The position numbers were made by a program, and so were the translations under genes. From NCBI GenBank assembly GCA_002633005.1, contig NMRA01000124.1, positions 124,001 to 188,000 of the forward strand: a stretch of DNA of 64,000 nucleotides, read 5' to 3'. The notes under the pieces are model-generated. The model was given only the letters and a program-made list of their open reading frames with translations, had not been told where the DNA came from and ran no database searches. This DNA comes from Phoronis australis. Its lineage: Eukaryota; Animalia; Phoronida. Below are positions 24,001 through 36,562 of this stretch, one piece after another; within the stretch, counting starts at the first letter, position 1, and each line of letters starts with the position of its first letter.

Positions 24001-27000
24001 AGTTAGATGTATATAGAATACAACAAATTGAAATGTATTTCGCTTAGCGCTGGGCAGCCGTCAGAGTACCGTCGGCATCCCCGCCCTCAGACACTCGGCG
24101 CCCTGGTCCCCCCCCCCCCCCCNGGCGGTCTCACTGTCGGGCCATCTGCCCCGGAAAAGATCCTGAATAGAGGGATAGACTTTAGACAACTTTGAACCGT
24201 AGATAAACCGTTTGCGTGTTATCTTCTTTTGTCGGTGGGGAGTCTCGTCAGTGAGCAGGAAGATCACATTGAAACTGATAGTGTCTCACATTAACTCGAC
24301 GCAGTCGAGTTGGCCCAAAACCGAATTGACCTAATTTCATGTGCTGCAATCAACGCGTGTCGAAGTCATTGAGCATATCAACATCATATGAGGCTTGGAA
24401 ATAACTTCGCCATAACCTAACCAGGGTGAGATACGTGATTTTGCGAAGCACATGACGGCTTCAAAAGTAGACTTGTTTAGTGGTCTGGGAGTAGTCTAAG
24501 TAAGTAAAATTTGAAATGCGCCTGACTAAAGACAAAACTAACAAAACACCGAGTCAGTAGCACTGGCAGCTGGACTGTCGATTGTCTGTTGTACAAAAGA
24601 TTGGAAGTAGACTTATTTGCCGAACTAACCATCATGACTGTCGTTCTTGTCTCAGCACGCCTTGAGTGTCAGATTGCGGATAACATCGCCGTGAGAATGG
24701 CCATCATACTATTCATCAAGATAGAACCGAAGGTGGATAGCTCATTAAAAAGCCGCGAATTTTAAACTGTCGTTTGCGCACGCAACCTAGTCAATTACCC
24801 ATCCAGCGTTAACGGTACCGTCATGTTTTAATGTTATAGTATCCGGGGAGGGACACTTTACTATTTTGGGAAGTGGCTATTTGAGCATGAATCTGCATAT
24901 AGCCAAGTTTTCTCCTAAGACCAAAAGAGCTGCTTTGTGTTGGGCAATTTCTGTTTAGATCATGGTGTTGTGCCTAATTCAGTTACACAAGTAAACACTT
25001 GGGGTGTCAAATTTCTCCAGAAAGAAGTTTACAAGTAGATGGATTCTACTCATTGATTCAGTGACTTTCACTCATCAAATTGATGTAACACCTCTCATAG
25101 TCGAATGATTTTCTTCATTTCTTGTTTCTGGAATGTATTTCCCTTAGACAAAAACAAAAACAACTTTTTGTGCACAAATTTAAAATTTATCAATGGACAA
25201 ACATAACCAAATCCCAAGGTTGATCGTACCCAATCGTAGTGAGCAAATCTCGGTCACTGGTCTCTGGAGAAGACTAATGGCACTGGAAAATGTGCATTCC
25301 ATCACCACTGCATTCTGCTGTTGTTTGCGATCTTTCACATCAGGCTCTCACCTTGTCAACCACCAATCAAAATTAATTATTTGAACGAGGTGGCCAATCT
25401 CAGGTAGCACTTATATAGGTCATACAGGACATGCAAATGGATGACTTTCTCACAGCAAGATTACACAAAATTTGACAGAAGGCTTCCATATTTTATTGGT
25501 ACATATAGTTATAATTCAATAAAAACATAGGGTTTAAAAACCACAATTATTTACAAAAGGGGTTATGCTGGAAAAATCTCCGAATTGGTGATTTTTGGAA
25601 GCTTTCAACAAAAGAGTTTCTTTAAACATGCTTGATGCTCTGTAAATGTGGATTGTGTCTTGCTAACTCAGAAAATGTAGGTATCCTAATTTCTCTGTGG
25701 CACAACTTGCCAAAAAATATATATAAGTCGGTAGCCTATCCCTTTGGATTGAAGCGCAAAAGCATGTGTGTGAAGTGTAATGGATACACCCAGTTGCAGT
25801 GATGGATTGTTTCCATTTGTTTGAATGAAATAAATTCTTTGCATGATCTGAGGAATTTAAAAAGGTATGCACTTATTATCCTTTGTGTGTGCACTAGGGG
25901 GCGGTAATGTTGTTAATTAATTTGGTGAAATATAACTGAATATAATGAGCTTTAGTGTTCATGTACATTGTCATTATTGATACAAAGTATTGCCTCAGTT
26001 AGTACAGGACCATAGAAAGGTAGGCTACCAATTCAACAGAAATCTTCAACTTCAGTTGTCAAACTCTGGCCCCTTGACACTAATTTTCTTCTCTGGGCTT
26101 CTGTGACCTTTTTCCACATTGAAGTAAACAGCCATCTGCAATCAACAGTAACACTTTTGAAGTTGAGCTTCATGAAATTATACACAATGTGAAGCACAAA
26201 GTAGCTGAAGTTAACTGAAATTTGCAAGAGGTAAAAAATTGAATATTCATCAAGATTTACCAGATTACTGGAGTTTTAATTTGTTCACCTAAATTTGTCA
26301 TTTTTGGTCTATTGCAAAATTCCAATATTTGAATAGTATACAGAAGAGTTGATTTGATGTCACAAAAATTGTTTGAGAAGTTGATTTTTGTGTAATAAGA
26401 AAGGTATTAGTACCTTTTATCTATGCAGTCAAGTGGTGTTTTTAATGACAAAATTGACTTTCGGGGACATGTTTCTCAAAAGCTGTTTTTGTAACAAACT
26501 GTGTTTTTTAAAAGGGTATGGTAAAACATTACTAGCAGAACTCTTGTGATTTCATATTATCTGATGCAGTTCCATTACATGGAGGTCTTGGTCATTGCTT
26601 AGGATAATACCTGCTGTGGTAGTCTTGTCAAAGTACCATCATTTATTACATTGGACATGTGGTGATATAAATTACGAATTGTCGTTCAAAATTTCGTTAG
26701 CTTTTGACAATTTCATCAGAAAATCTCAAAATTGTATTTATAACCTGATCTGATGTGTAGAAATTTCTATTAGTGGTAAAAAATAAACATTAAAGCTAAT
26801 CAACATACAATTATTTCCAGTTTACATAATTTTGAAAACTACTGCCAAAATGATAGATCATTGCTAAATTACCTCTGTGCCTGCCTTTATTTCTTGTTCA
26901 ACTGCGACACTATAATAAAGCTATCAATCTTTCCAAATAATACACTAGTTGTCTATGGTAATTCACTTATTGAGAAGCCAAATTAATAAACAGCCAGCTG

Positions 27001-28584
27001 ATTACAGGGCTGCAAATTAGGTTCGACTCTTAGCGTGAGTCATTGTGGTTCTAATAAAGAACAAATAGACAAGTTAAATTCATAATTCATGGAACTGTTG
27101 ATTGGATTAGAGCAGTCAATTTGTATTAATCCAGTCCGAGTGCTTCTAGCACTCTGGTGTATGTTGATATGTAAATGTTGACCATCTTTCTTTTGCATAC
27201 ATTTGGACTGGGGAAACGCTAAAAGCAAGCGGAGAAATCAAGGCTGCACAGGTTGTAATTAGTATCATCATTGCTTTTAACTGATTGTTTCTAAGATCAT
27301 CAATGCTTTTAGTTTTCTCTGTCTTTCTCAACAGTTCCCTAATTATTCTATTACTGTACATGTATAGCTTAGCATTTAGCCTAACGTGCCTCTAAGAACA
27401 GTTACACCTACTTGCATAATTATGAGCGTGTGTTGATATGCAAAACATTTGAGCATAACCGAGGAGCAAATTTTTAAAATATATGTGAATGACATGTGAC
27501 TTGCCCATTAAAAAATGTAGCATGTTGATGTGTCCAATAAAGTCTCGCCAATTTCCGTCACACATGACCGACAGCTGAAAATTTATTATTTTATCCAATT
27601 TTTTCGTATAAAATATATAGCATCAAATTAATGCTTCACCATGCTCAATTTTTTTATGATATCTACAGTCACCTAAAATTTTGAAAACTGGGCACTCATA
27701 ACAATCTAGGAAGACCTTGAAAATTAATGTGAAAGGGGCAATTTTGGCGATTATTTTTGTCCAACATTTGTGAAGATTTTACTGTATTCATGTAACACAA
27801 ACTAAATAAAAATGAAAAATATTATGTACGGACAAAATGCATACTAAGACCATCCAGTTCATAACGTGCACAGTACTTTAGCTCCCATTATACTTAAGTG
27901 ATTAGCTTTGGTGCAATGACCAAAGTGCGAAACTAGCAAAAAAAATTTCTTTGAAAAAATGCATTATTTATGATACAGGTGCATGGGCTTAAGTCTACAC
28001 ATAACATTATATACTGTTGTGTTTCTATAAGTATTTCAGTTTTTCTCACCATATGAATTTTTATTATTTCAACAGTGCTGTAACTATTATAATATTCAAC
28101 GTTATTTATTCTTGGCTTTTTCAGTCGACCATTAGTTTCTGAAACTTTGGGCGAAATTGTAAAGAACCGTGTATCAGATGGCGTTTTTTACAGTGCAACT
28201 TTTGGCAAGTACAGTTGCAATGTATTTTTATTGTAATTATAATTTCCCAAGGAATTAGTACCATTTTTCAAAAAATTAATTGTGGATGAAATTTTATTTA
28301 AATCATTTTTACTTAATTCACATGCCAGAATCAATGTATATCTGTTAGCTGTAAATTTCAAAAGAAAAATTCCATTTCTCTTTGTCAAATTAATAATAAA
28401 CACTCTAATGACAGCAGTTGGCAGTATTTATCTCTGTTTTTATGTAACACTTTTCTTTGGTGGTCTCTAGTGACAATTGGTGTGCAAGCCTTATGCCCAA
28501 TCCCTTGTGATGACTAAGTATATTTGGCCTCTGTCTGCAGTAACTGGTCACTACAATGAGCTCCATTGATGTAAAATGTCTTGC

Positions 28585-30650
28585 CACTTTGGCACTTTTT
28601 GCCAAGTCTTGCTAAGTCATATTTTGATGTGTGCTTACTTGTTTCTTTGTTCGCAGGATAAAGGGTGCATTTTTGTCCGATTGACATGAAATTTGGACAC
28701 ATCGTCACAAATATTTATATATCTCCACAATGTCTCCACGATACTTGTTTTTGCCTTTGTTTGAGATCAGTCACCAGATGGTGCTGTAGCATCTATTTTT
28801 ATGTGGGCCAGATGAACAGGAATTGTGGCATCCCTGATCCTCCGGCTGGCCATGGACCGGCCTGCCAGTCAGCATCTGGCCGTTTTTTCACATCTGCTGC
28901 TGTATCTCCAAAACCCCTGGATGTATGTCCATGAAATTTTGTGTATAAGTTTCATTCATGGATAAATCCATCTACCGGTGTGCTCCGTGGTGGCAATTCT
29001 GTTTTTTTTAAGCTTGTGTATCTTCAGAGTTCATTAATGGATTTTCACAACAGTTGGCAAATAGGTATCTATTGGGGAGATGACCCCACTTTTCCTTCTG
29101 TTTTGGATAGATTTAACGTATATTATGGCTTCTAGTGGTCATTTTTACTGTTTCGAGTCTGTTTTTGACATCTGCTTCTCCATCGGCTAAACCACCCTAG
29201 GATGATTATGAAAATTGGCATAGATATTCCTACTGTGAAGAGGGTGCCTGGCGATAATAAGACAGCTACTGACTACTGTGGTGCTACCTAGTGGTATTTT
29301 TTGTTCAGGGCTATATCTCCAAAATCCTTTGCAGCATCTTTGTAAAATAGGGCAAATGTATTTGTATAAAAGTAGCAACTGATTATGATGACTTTCAGAG
29401 CGATCTGACTACTGCTGTTGCCTCCTACTGGCAGTTTTTTGCCTTTTCCTCAAAATCCCATGGAGGTCGAGGTCCTTGGCGGATTTCTTTGAAGTTTCAT
29501 AAATAGGTTTCTATTAAAGAGGCGGTGACACGTTTTTTTTCAGATGGATTTGACATAGTGTATTCCACCTAGTGGGCATTTTTATTATTTTAGAGTTTTT
29601 TTTTGCATCCGCCTTTCTATCGGATGAGCATGGCTGACAATAATTTTTGGATGGCATTGACTACAGTGATGCCCCCTAATGGCAATTTTACTTTTTCCGA
29701 GTCTGCAACTGTTTTTTCTAAACCCCTTGCAGGATCTTAATAATGTGGCGTATGTGCCTATATGAAGCTGATGGTGTATGATGACGAGTTCAGAACAGTG
29801 TCCCCTAGTGCCAGTTTTATTTTTTCTGTTTGCCTCTGTATTTCCAGAGTTCCTTTACAGATTTTCATGAAAGCGAGCAAATAGATATGTATTGGGGAAA
29901 TGACACCACCTTCCCTTCCCATTTCGGATGGATTCAACTTATTTTGCGCCACCTATTGGCCATTCTTACTTTATAAGTATGTTTTTGTTGTCCACATCTC
30001 TGTTGGCTGAAGCACTGTAAGGATGATTATGAAAATTGGCATATACGTTCCTACTTGGACAAGGACTGCAGAAGATGATTTTCAGTTGGCTCGAATGTAC
30101 CGTTTCTGACTACCATTGTACCCCTTATTGGCAAGTTTATTATTTTAGGTTTGCCTCTGTGTCTTCGAAGTTCCTGTACGGATTTTATCAAAAAAAGTTT
30201 CTATTGAAGAGATAAAAACACCTTTCCATTTTCGGATTGATTTGACATACTGTATGCCACTTAGTGTCCATTTTTTTGTTTTGGAGTTAGGTTTTTGATG
30301 TCTGTCTGTCCTAAAGTTTGGTATGCGGACAGATCTGAAATATGTCATCCTTTTTTGCTACAACTTACCTTTCTCGAGTTATTAAATAATTTTTGATACC
30401 TGATCTTTAATTTACTAATTCCTTGCACTACTTTTGTTAACTTACCATAGTTTGTTTCTTAATCATTTTTTGTCATCATCATTCATCATTATCATTAGCA
30501 TTGTTATCATTTTCATCATCATCATTATCATCGTTTTTCGTTCAGTTTTGTGTTCCTCTACAAGGCTGTGTTTTAATCATTTTATCATTATCGGCACCAC
30601 CGCCACCTCATCGCATTTTTCATCACCGTCATCATCATTGCACTCCTCAT

Positions 30651-30684
<34 letters not shown>

Positions 30685-30770
30685 CTCATCACTGTCATCA
30701 TCATCATCATCATTTGCAAATTATCTCTCAATTTCGTTCTCTAGAACACATTTTTGTTTCTATTTTATAG
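28585..30770 (+). mobile_element. Degenerate composite HINE region: family-B-like 5' hairpin, many family-A ~150-bp units, CAT-rich tail
   Basis: Recurrent tatctcc...atgaaattggc...ccnctagtggc...ttt units similar to 39790-40400; ttggca...tgccaa hairpin at ~28589-28605. Confidence 0.55.
30470..30712. repeat. (CAT)n-rich microsatellite
   Basis: Imperfect catcatcat runs; these explain the poly-His and poly-Ser ORFs. Confidence 0.9.
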
Positions 30771-31539
30771 TTTTCGAGTATTTGCTAAACTGTTCACTTT
30801 ACTTGTTTAAACACTGGTTTATTGAACCCGTCAGGAGGTAAACCCTCTAAACTTTTTGTGAGCCATTTAAATTTCTTAGGGTCCATGGAAACAATCCACT
30901 AATTGCGCAACCATAGAATGACGCATCTTGTCTTATCACAGGAAAATACAGAAAGATAATTATAATGAAAAACAAAACACGTGATTCTAATTTCTAAGTT
31001 TTCATTTCGTTAACTCAACAAAAATTGCTTCCAACTATGCATCCGTAAAAATCAACACAGTCTTGAGAGAACGCTGCTGCCACACAAAACTAGTGACAAG
31101 CTGAAAGATCTTCTTTACACAATACATACATACCTAAAGTTTACTATCTTGCAGTCTAAACAATGACTGGGAGGTTTTTGTGGAAAATATTTTTGTTTTC
31201 AGTCAAAAAATTAAGTGGGTTAAGCTTTGTGTTTCATTTTTGCAAATACCAGTATTGTTATCCTGTCTTCTGTAGACATAACATAGTGAGCCATACTTCA
31301 GGTTTTTTACCTTTAATTAATGATGTTATCCTTGTTAGTTTCGTATTCCATTTAGATAACAAGGATTTTTTGCGAAAGTTGCATTTTTGCTTTGTTTTTG
31401 TATATTATGCCACCCATCTGTAATTCATTGTCACATGTGTCGAAGACATTTCCATTGTGGTGTAGCACATTTGTACCCATGCTAAAAGCAATTCTGCTCT
31501 GGTTTTCAACATTTGACTGAAGTGAAAAATACTTCCATT

Positions 31540-32100
31540 GAGACAAAACACTTCGTCATTGAGATTAATAACCTTTCCATTTAAGGATGAAACATATGAA
31601 CCAGGGTTAAATTTTTTTACTCACGTGAGAAAAAAACGTTTTCATTAGAATTTGTAAAATTTTCATTTTACATTTTGTCCTATATGCAAAAACATTTCTA
31701 CTAGAGTGAAGTTCATTTTCATTAGGGTGAAAACAGATTTCCTAGCTAGAATGAGAAACATTTCTGCTAGGGTATATAACTTTGCTATCTACGATGGGTG
31801 AAAAGATTCCACTAAGGTCAAACATGTTTCTAGAAAGGTGAAACACGTGTCTAGATAAGAGTAGAAAAGATTTCTACTTCAATATACATTAGATATATTT
31901 CCACTCTTGTGAAAAATGTTTCCACTGAACTAAAGTTGCATTTCCATCGAGGTGAAAATGTTTTCATTAGGGTAAAAGACATCCTGTCATATGTAAAACA
32001 TTTCCATCAGACCATAAATAGTTCCACCTGTTTGAAGAACATTTTCACTTTGGTAAAACACATTTCCATTGTAATGAAATTTTCCACCAGAGTTAAAGAT
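31540..32100. repeat. Degenerate ~20-bp minisatellite (aaaacatttccactagggtg-like)
   Basis: Recurrent aaacatttcc/t...agggtgaaa motifs. Confidence 0.6.
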
Positions 32101-32912
32101 ATCCCCCAAAAATTTAAAAATTACAAAAATATTTGTTTTGATGTTAATCAATGTTAATAGTTTGCCTGGAGCTTCAAGGATAATCTGGCTGTAATTTCAC
32201 CCAAAATCTTTAGGAACTAATCTGTAAAAAAATGAAAACTAATTTTGATGCTTCAAAAGTGCTTTTACAACTCAAATTCTATGTTATGTTAAGATTCCTG
32301 TAAAACAATTGTCAGAAAATCAGACGAAATAATATGCTAAAGTAAACTCAAGGGGTTGCAATGAAAAACAAATTACCAATAATCCCTGGAGGCTGTCAAC
32401 TTCTATTAATACAAGATGACTTTATCTCTAAACAAGCCATGAGAATTTGCCAGTGACTTTAATGGGATTTCAAATTGATCAAGCAAAGGCCCAAATTGAA
32501 TACATTACATGGGAGTGCATCTCGCGAGTCATTAAATAATAAAGGGAAATTACAAGGGAACAATTTGTTTCTTAATCTTGTTACTATCCGGTAGTGCGTG
32601 ATTAAACAGCTCTTTTAGCTGAGACAAATAACGTCTCAATGGCATAGTCGCCTTCCTCAGATAGTGGTCACATGAGGGAATGGACAGATTTCTATCAGCC
32701 GCTCTGTGATTGGCACTCAATGTCAAGAAGGAACAGTCAGTTGGATATTTTGCCAAGTTAAGCCCAAACTGGGTCACGCAAATGGATATTGTCACAGACA
32801 CGTCTTGTCAACGTTCTTTGATTCATTTCAACCGCCTAACCCCTGTCACCCCAATATAGCTGTTGATCACTACGAATCTGACTTTATTGGACAAATCTCG
32901 TTCATCAACATC

Positions 32913-32986
32913 ATGTTTTCCAATGCGATGTTTCCGTTTTACCACCAACCCACTGCAGCACCTGATGATATATACCGTCACTCATG
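32913..32986 (+). CDS. Candidate distal first coding exon of NPAS/trh (MFSNAMFPFYHQPTAAPDDIYRHS)
   Basis: ATG open to phase-2 donor TG|gtgaga, in frame with the bHLH exon; reversed CCAAT (gattgg) ~200 nt upstream in repeat-free sequence. Confidence 0.5.
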
Positions 32987-33289
32987 GTGAGATAATTTTG
33001 TATTTGCATCCCGAGATTTGATTTTTAGCAATTTCAAAAAACTAAACGTATATTTGAGTTGCATGTGGTGATATCTGGGCTCTTTACTGTTTGGATTTCA
33101 GTTTTGTTGCACGATTTGTTTTTTAGTAATTTTAAGCCAATTACTGTCAGAAAATCTAATTGTGTTAGCTTTTATTTTATAATGTTATGTCTCTAACATT
33201 TTCTTGAACTGTTTCATCCAACTGCATTGGAAATTTCTTGCATTTTAAAATTCTAATTGCGAATGCATCAATGTCATTTTGATATTAAA

Positions 33290-33814
33290 AGGTGCTTTCC
33301 CATTAGGGGAACTTCGGTTTATCAAAGCTTCGCCAAAACTTCGCTTAGCTTTTCCACTAGAAAGCGATGTGGAAGTTCTCGCTAGATGGCGATTCATTCA
33401 TCATTCCATAAACACCAGACGGTGTAGTTCATTCGTACTCTCAAACGAATATTGAGTGGTGTGTTTGAGGCTAGCTGAAAATTGTTCTTCTGCCATTTAC
33501 CAGTGTTTATGAAAATGATCAGTGTCATTTTCCATCAGATGCGTATTCTTTATTTATTTATTTATTTATTTACGCATGTCAATAACAATGAACATGTTTT
33601 GCGGGATATCTTATCCTATGTCGTTGCCGTGATCTCTATTGATAACTTTTTCGTAGTTTTGCTCTGACCTTTCCCACTACACCGCAGTTTCGATGAGTAC
33701 CGAAACTTGGCTTTTAAATCCTACTATTTTCAGCAAAGTTTCACTTGCAGATTACCGGTAACTACCAGTAAACTTTGCTTTTTGCGAAGTTTCGCCTCTT
33801 ATGAGAAAGCACCT
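33290..33814. mobile_element. MITE with ~25-bp TIRs (PIF/Harbinger-like)
   Basis: aggtgctttcccattaggggaacttc ... gaagtttcgcctcttatgagaaagcacct. Confidence 0.65.
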
Positions 33815-35031
33815 GAAATGTTTAAGTTTACTATTTAAGAAATTTGGTTTGGTATTATAGTCATTATCTACAATGTAAGTTTCAATTATAATTATAAAAT
33901 TTCTAAGATGCGTGGGAAATTTGCAACATGATCTCCATCACAAGAACCCAACACTGCAACAGTTGGTCAGCAGTCAACTGGGTATGTGTCTTTCATCTTT
34001 TTCCCGTTGTCCGAATCTTCCAATAATCAATTTTTTTATTCACCTACTGTTCTGAGCCTGCTCACCTGAACATTGCTAGATTTACCCATTGATTTCTGTG
34101 ATGTACAATTACCTGGTCGGTCACTGGTAAGCATGGGAGATAAGTCTTTTTTCAGTATATCGACGGCCTTACTGAAATGTTTTTTTTTAAATATAAACGG
34201 TTAATGTATGGGTTAAAATAACAGTTTCACTTATTTCTTACCATCTTAATTGTTTACATTCACCAGACTGGTAAATAGTGAAAAGTTAGCAAGTAGGACT
34301 TTAAGACATTGATACTTTTAAAGCGGCGTTTCCACCTGTTTTGTTGGCTAAAATGCAGTTAGGTCCGTCTCTTAAGTCGGTCTCACAACATTAACCTTAC
34401 CATGCTAGAGTTCTATTTCCGTTACCAACTGAGGAACATCGAAACCGTCTTTGGCTCAAGAAAACGCTTCAGAGTTTATTGGGGTTCGCCAACCCTAAAA
34501 ATTGGGGATGCAAAAATTTGTGTATGTACTGATTGCCTGCTCATTTGGCAGCTATTCACAATCAGATGACCATGGTAATATTTTTAAATCCCAAAGCCCT
34601 TGGGGTTAAGTATTCAATGTTGATAGCCTGGAAATAAACATGAAATGCAGCTTCAAAGGTGTCATTGAGTTTGACAAACTGATTGCCTTCATAATTAGCA
34701 GGTGTACAGAATTAACTAACCTAAAGCATTGTCAACTGCCTTTATATGTATTAAATGAAATGCTGCCTACCCATTGCCAAGGTGACCCACTAATCATTGA
34801 GTTACTTTATGCTGTTTCATCATGGGTAATCACTGATATAAGACTAATCCAGGTCTCCCCTTTCACCCCATGTTTACAACAGCATGAGATAGCCCTCATG
34901 AATGGATGAATTAAGGGGTGAATATACAATATTCAGAGCTTATTAACACATTTGAGGAGGCATGTAGTACTAGAATTAATGACAGGGCTTTGTGTTTATA
35001 TTTTCTTAAGTGCAAAACTGAGTGCCAGTTA

Positions 35032-35482
35032 CAAGGTACCTAAATTACATGGTCAACCAACGGACTCATAAAAACGGGCACGGACGCATGAACACGACTC
35101 ACGGACCTGCAAACACCGTCCACTGACTCACTAACACGGGAACGGACTCACAAAACATGATCCACGCACCCAAATACACTGGACACGGACTCATATTCCC
35201 GAGGAAACACGGTTAACGGACTGCCAATTAAACACGGGTCACGGACTCATCGGCTTCCTGGGTCAGCTGACATCTCCATTTTGTCCGTGACCCAAGTTTG
35301 GCGGTCCATTAACCGTGTTTCCTCGGGAATATGAGTCCGTGTATTTGGGTGCGTGGATCGTGTTTTGTGAGTCCGTTCCCGTGTTTGTGAGTCGGTGGAC
35401 GGTGTTTGCAGGTCTGTGAGTTGTGTTCATGTGTCCGTGCCTGTGTTTATGAGTCCGTTGACCGTGTAGTTTAGGTACCTTG
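35032..35482. mobile_element. 451-bp foldback MITE, ~200-bp arms, 5-bp TSD AGTTA
   Basis: agtta|caaggtacctaaa ... tttaggtaccttg|agtta; arms built of acggactca-like subunits. Confidence 0.9.
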
Positions 35483-36374
35483 AGTTAGTGGAGTTAGTCC
35501 AGGCTAGAAATTCCCACATAGCCTCATAGCAAATAAAAAGATTTTTAGTGTTCGAAATGAGGTGAGTCTGTTAAATAGGTGGAGAATTACTGTAAACTGC
35601 TTTTGGTATTTTGCAGTTTTATTGCAAGTCAAAATTTTTTATTTTGTGCTTTGCCTGGTTTAGCTGGTTATGAAAATCGAATTATGCCTTTTACTCTCAT
35701 AAAATCGCCCTTGTATTCCTCCTCATGGTAGCATTTATTTCCATTATACTAACATAATCCATCAGTGATCCTAAAATTATGAATTTGAAAATGCTGCATG
35801 TACACATTGTCTGTGAGTTGAGTTGGTGACTGGAAATAGAATCTACATGAAATCAAGGAAAGGAATATTGTGAAACTAATTTATGAGATGAAAAGGTCTA
35901 ATTTGGTTTTGGTTTTTAGCCAGCTAAACAGGGCTATGTGCAGCTTAGTGTACCTATGAAATAGCTTTTTAAACTGTAAATTATTGTGATTATGGGAATT
36001 GCAATGTTAAAAGTAATCAGATTGTTGTTAATACAAGAGGCAACATTCTAACTGAGAGCACAAAAGTGTCTTTCAGTTGACTCAATTTCTAATTCTGGTG
36101 TGCTAGACTGGTAGAGTTGTTAGGTACAAAACACAATTTCTTTCATTCATTTTTGTGTGAATCATTTTGTGAGTTTCTTTCCTCACGTCATTGGCAACTT
36201 GACGTCTTGATGGCAGCAAAGAATTTTAAAAAATGCTAGGAAATATCTTGCTGCATTTAATCTATACAGTTGTTGCCCATCAACCATACTATTGTCAACT
36301 AGCGACAAGACATATTTCATAACATCACCACTGTATCTGAAAATGGCTATTGCTTGCGTGTTGGCACATTGGGG

Positions 36375-36562
36375 CCATGACCCCCAGCTCATTATAAAAT
36401 AACCCACTCATGGCCCCCAGCTCATTGCAAGATAACCCCCTCATGGCCCTCACCTCATTACAAAATAACTCCCCCATGGCTCCTTATTCATTACAAAATA
36501 ACATTTCATGGGCCCCAGGTCATTGCAAAATAACCCCTTCTTGGCCCCCTGCGCATTGCAAA
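36375..36562. repeat. ~33-bp degenerate minisatellite (atggcccccagctcattgcaaaataacccc-like), ~5-6 copies
   Basis: Direct visual tandem units. Confidence 0.75.

Noticed and set aside
24050-24270. GC-rich stretch with ctgacga on minus, considered as a hammerhead or HDV-like ribozyme
   Set aside because: Could not build stem II plus GAAA or the HDV pseudoknot pairings by eye
30434-30841. Poly-His and poly-Ser ORFs
   Set aside because: Translations of a (CAT)n microsatellite with no domain or splice context
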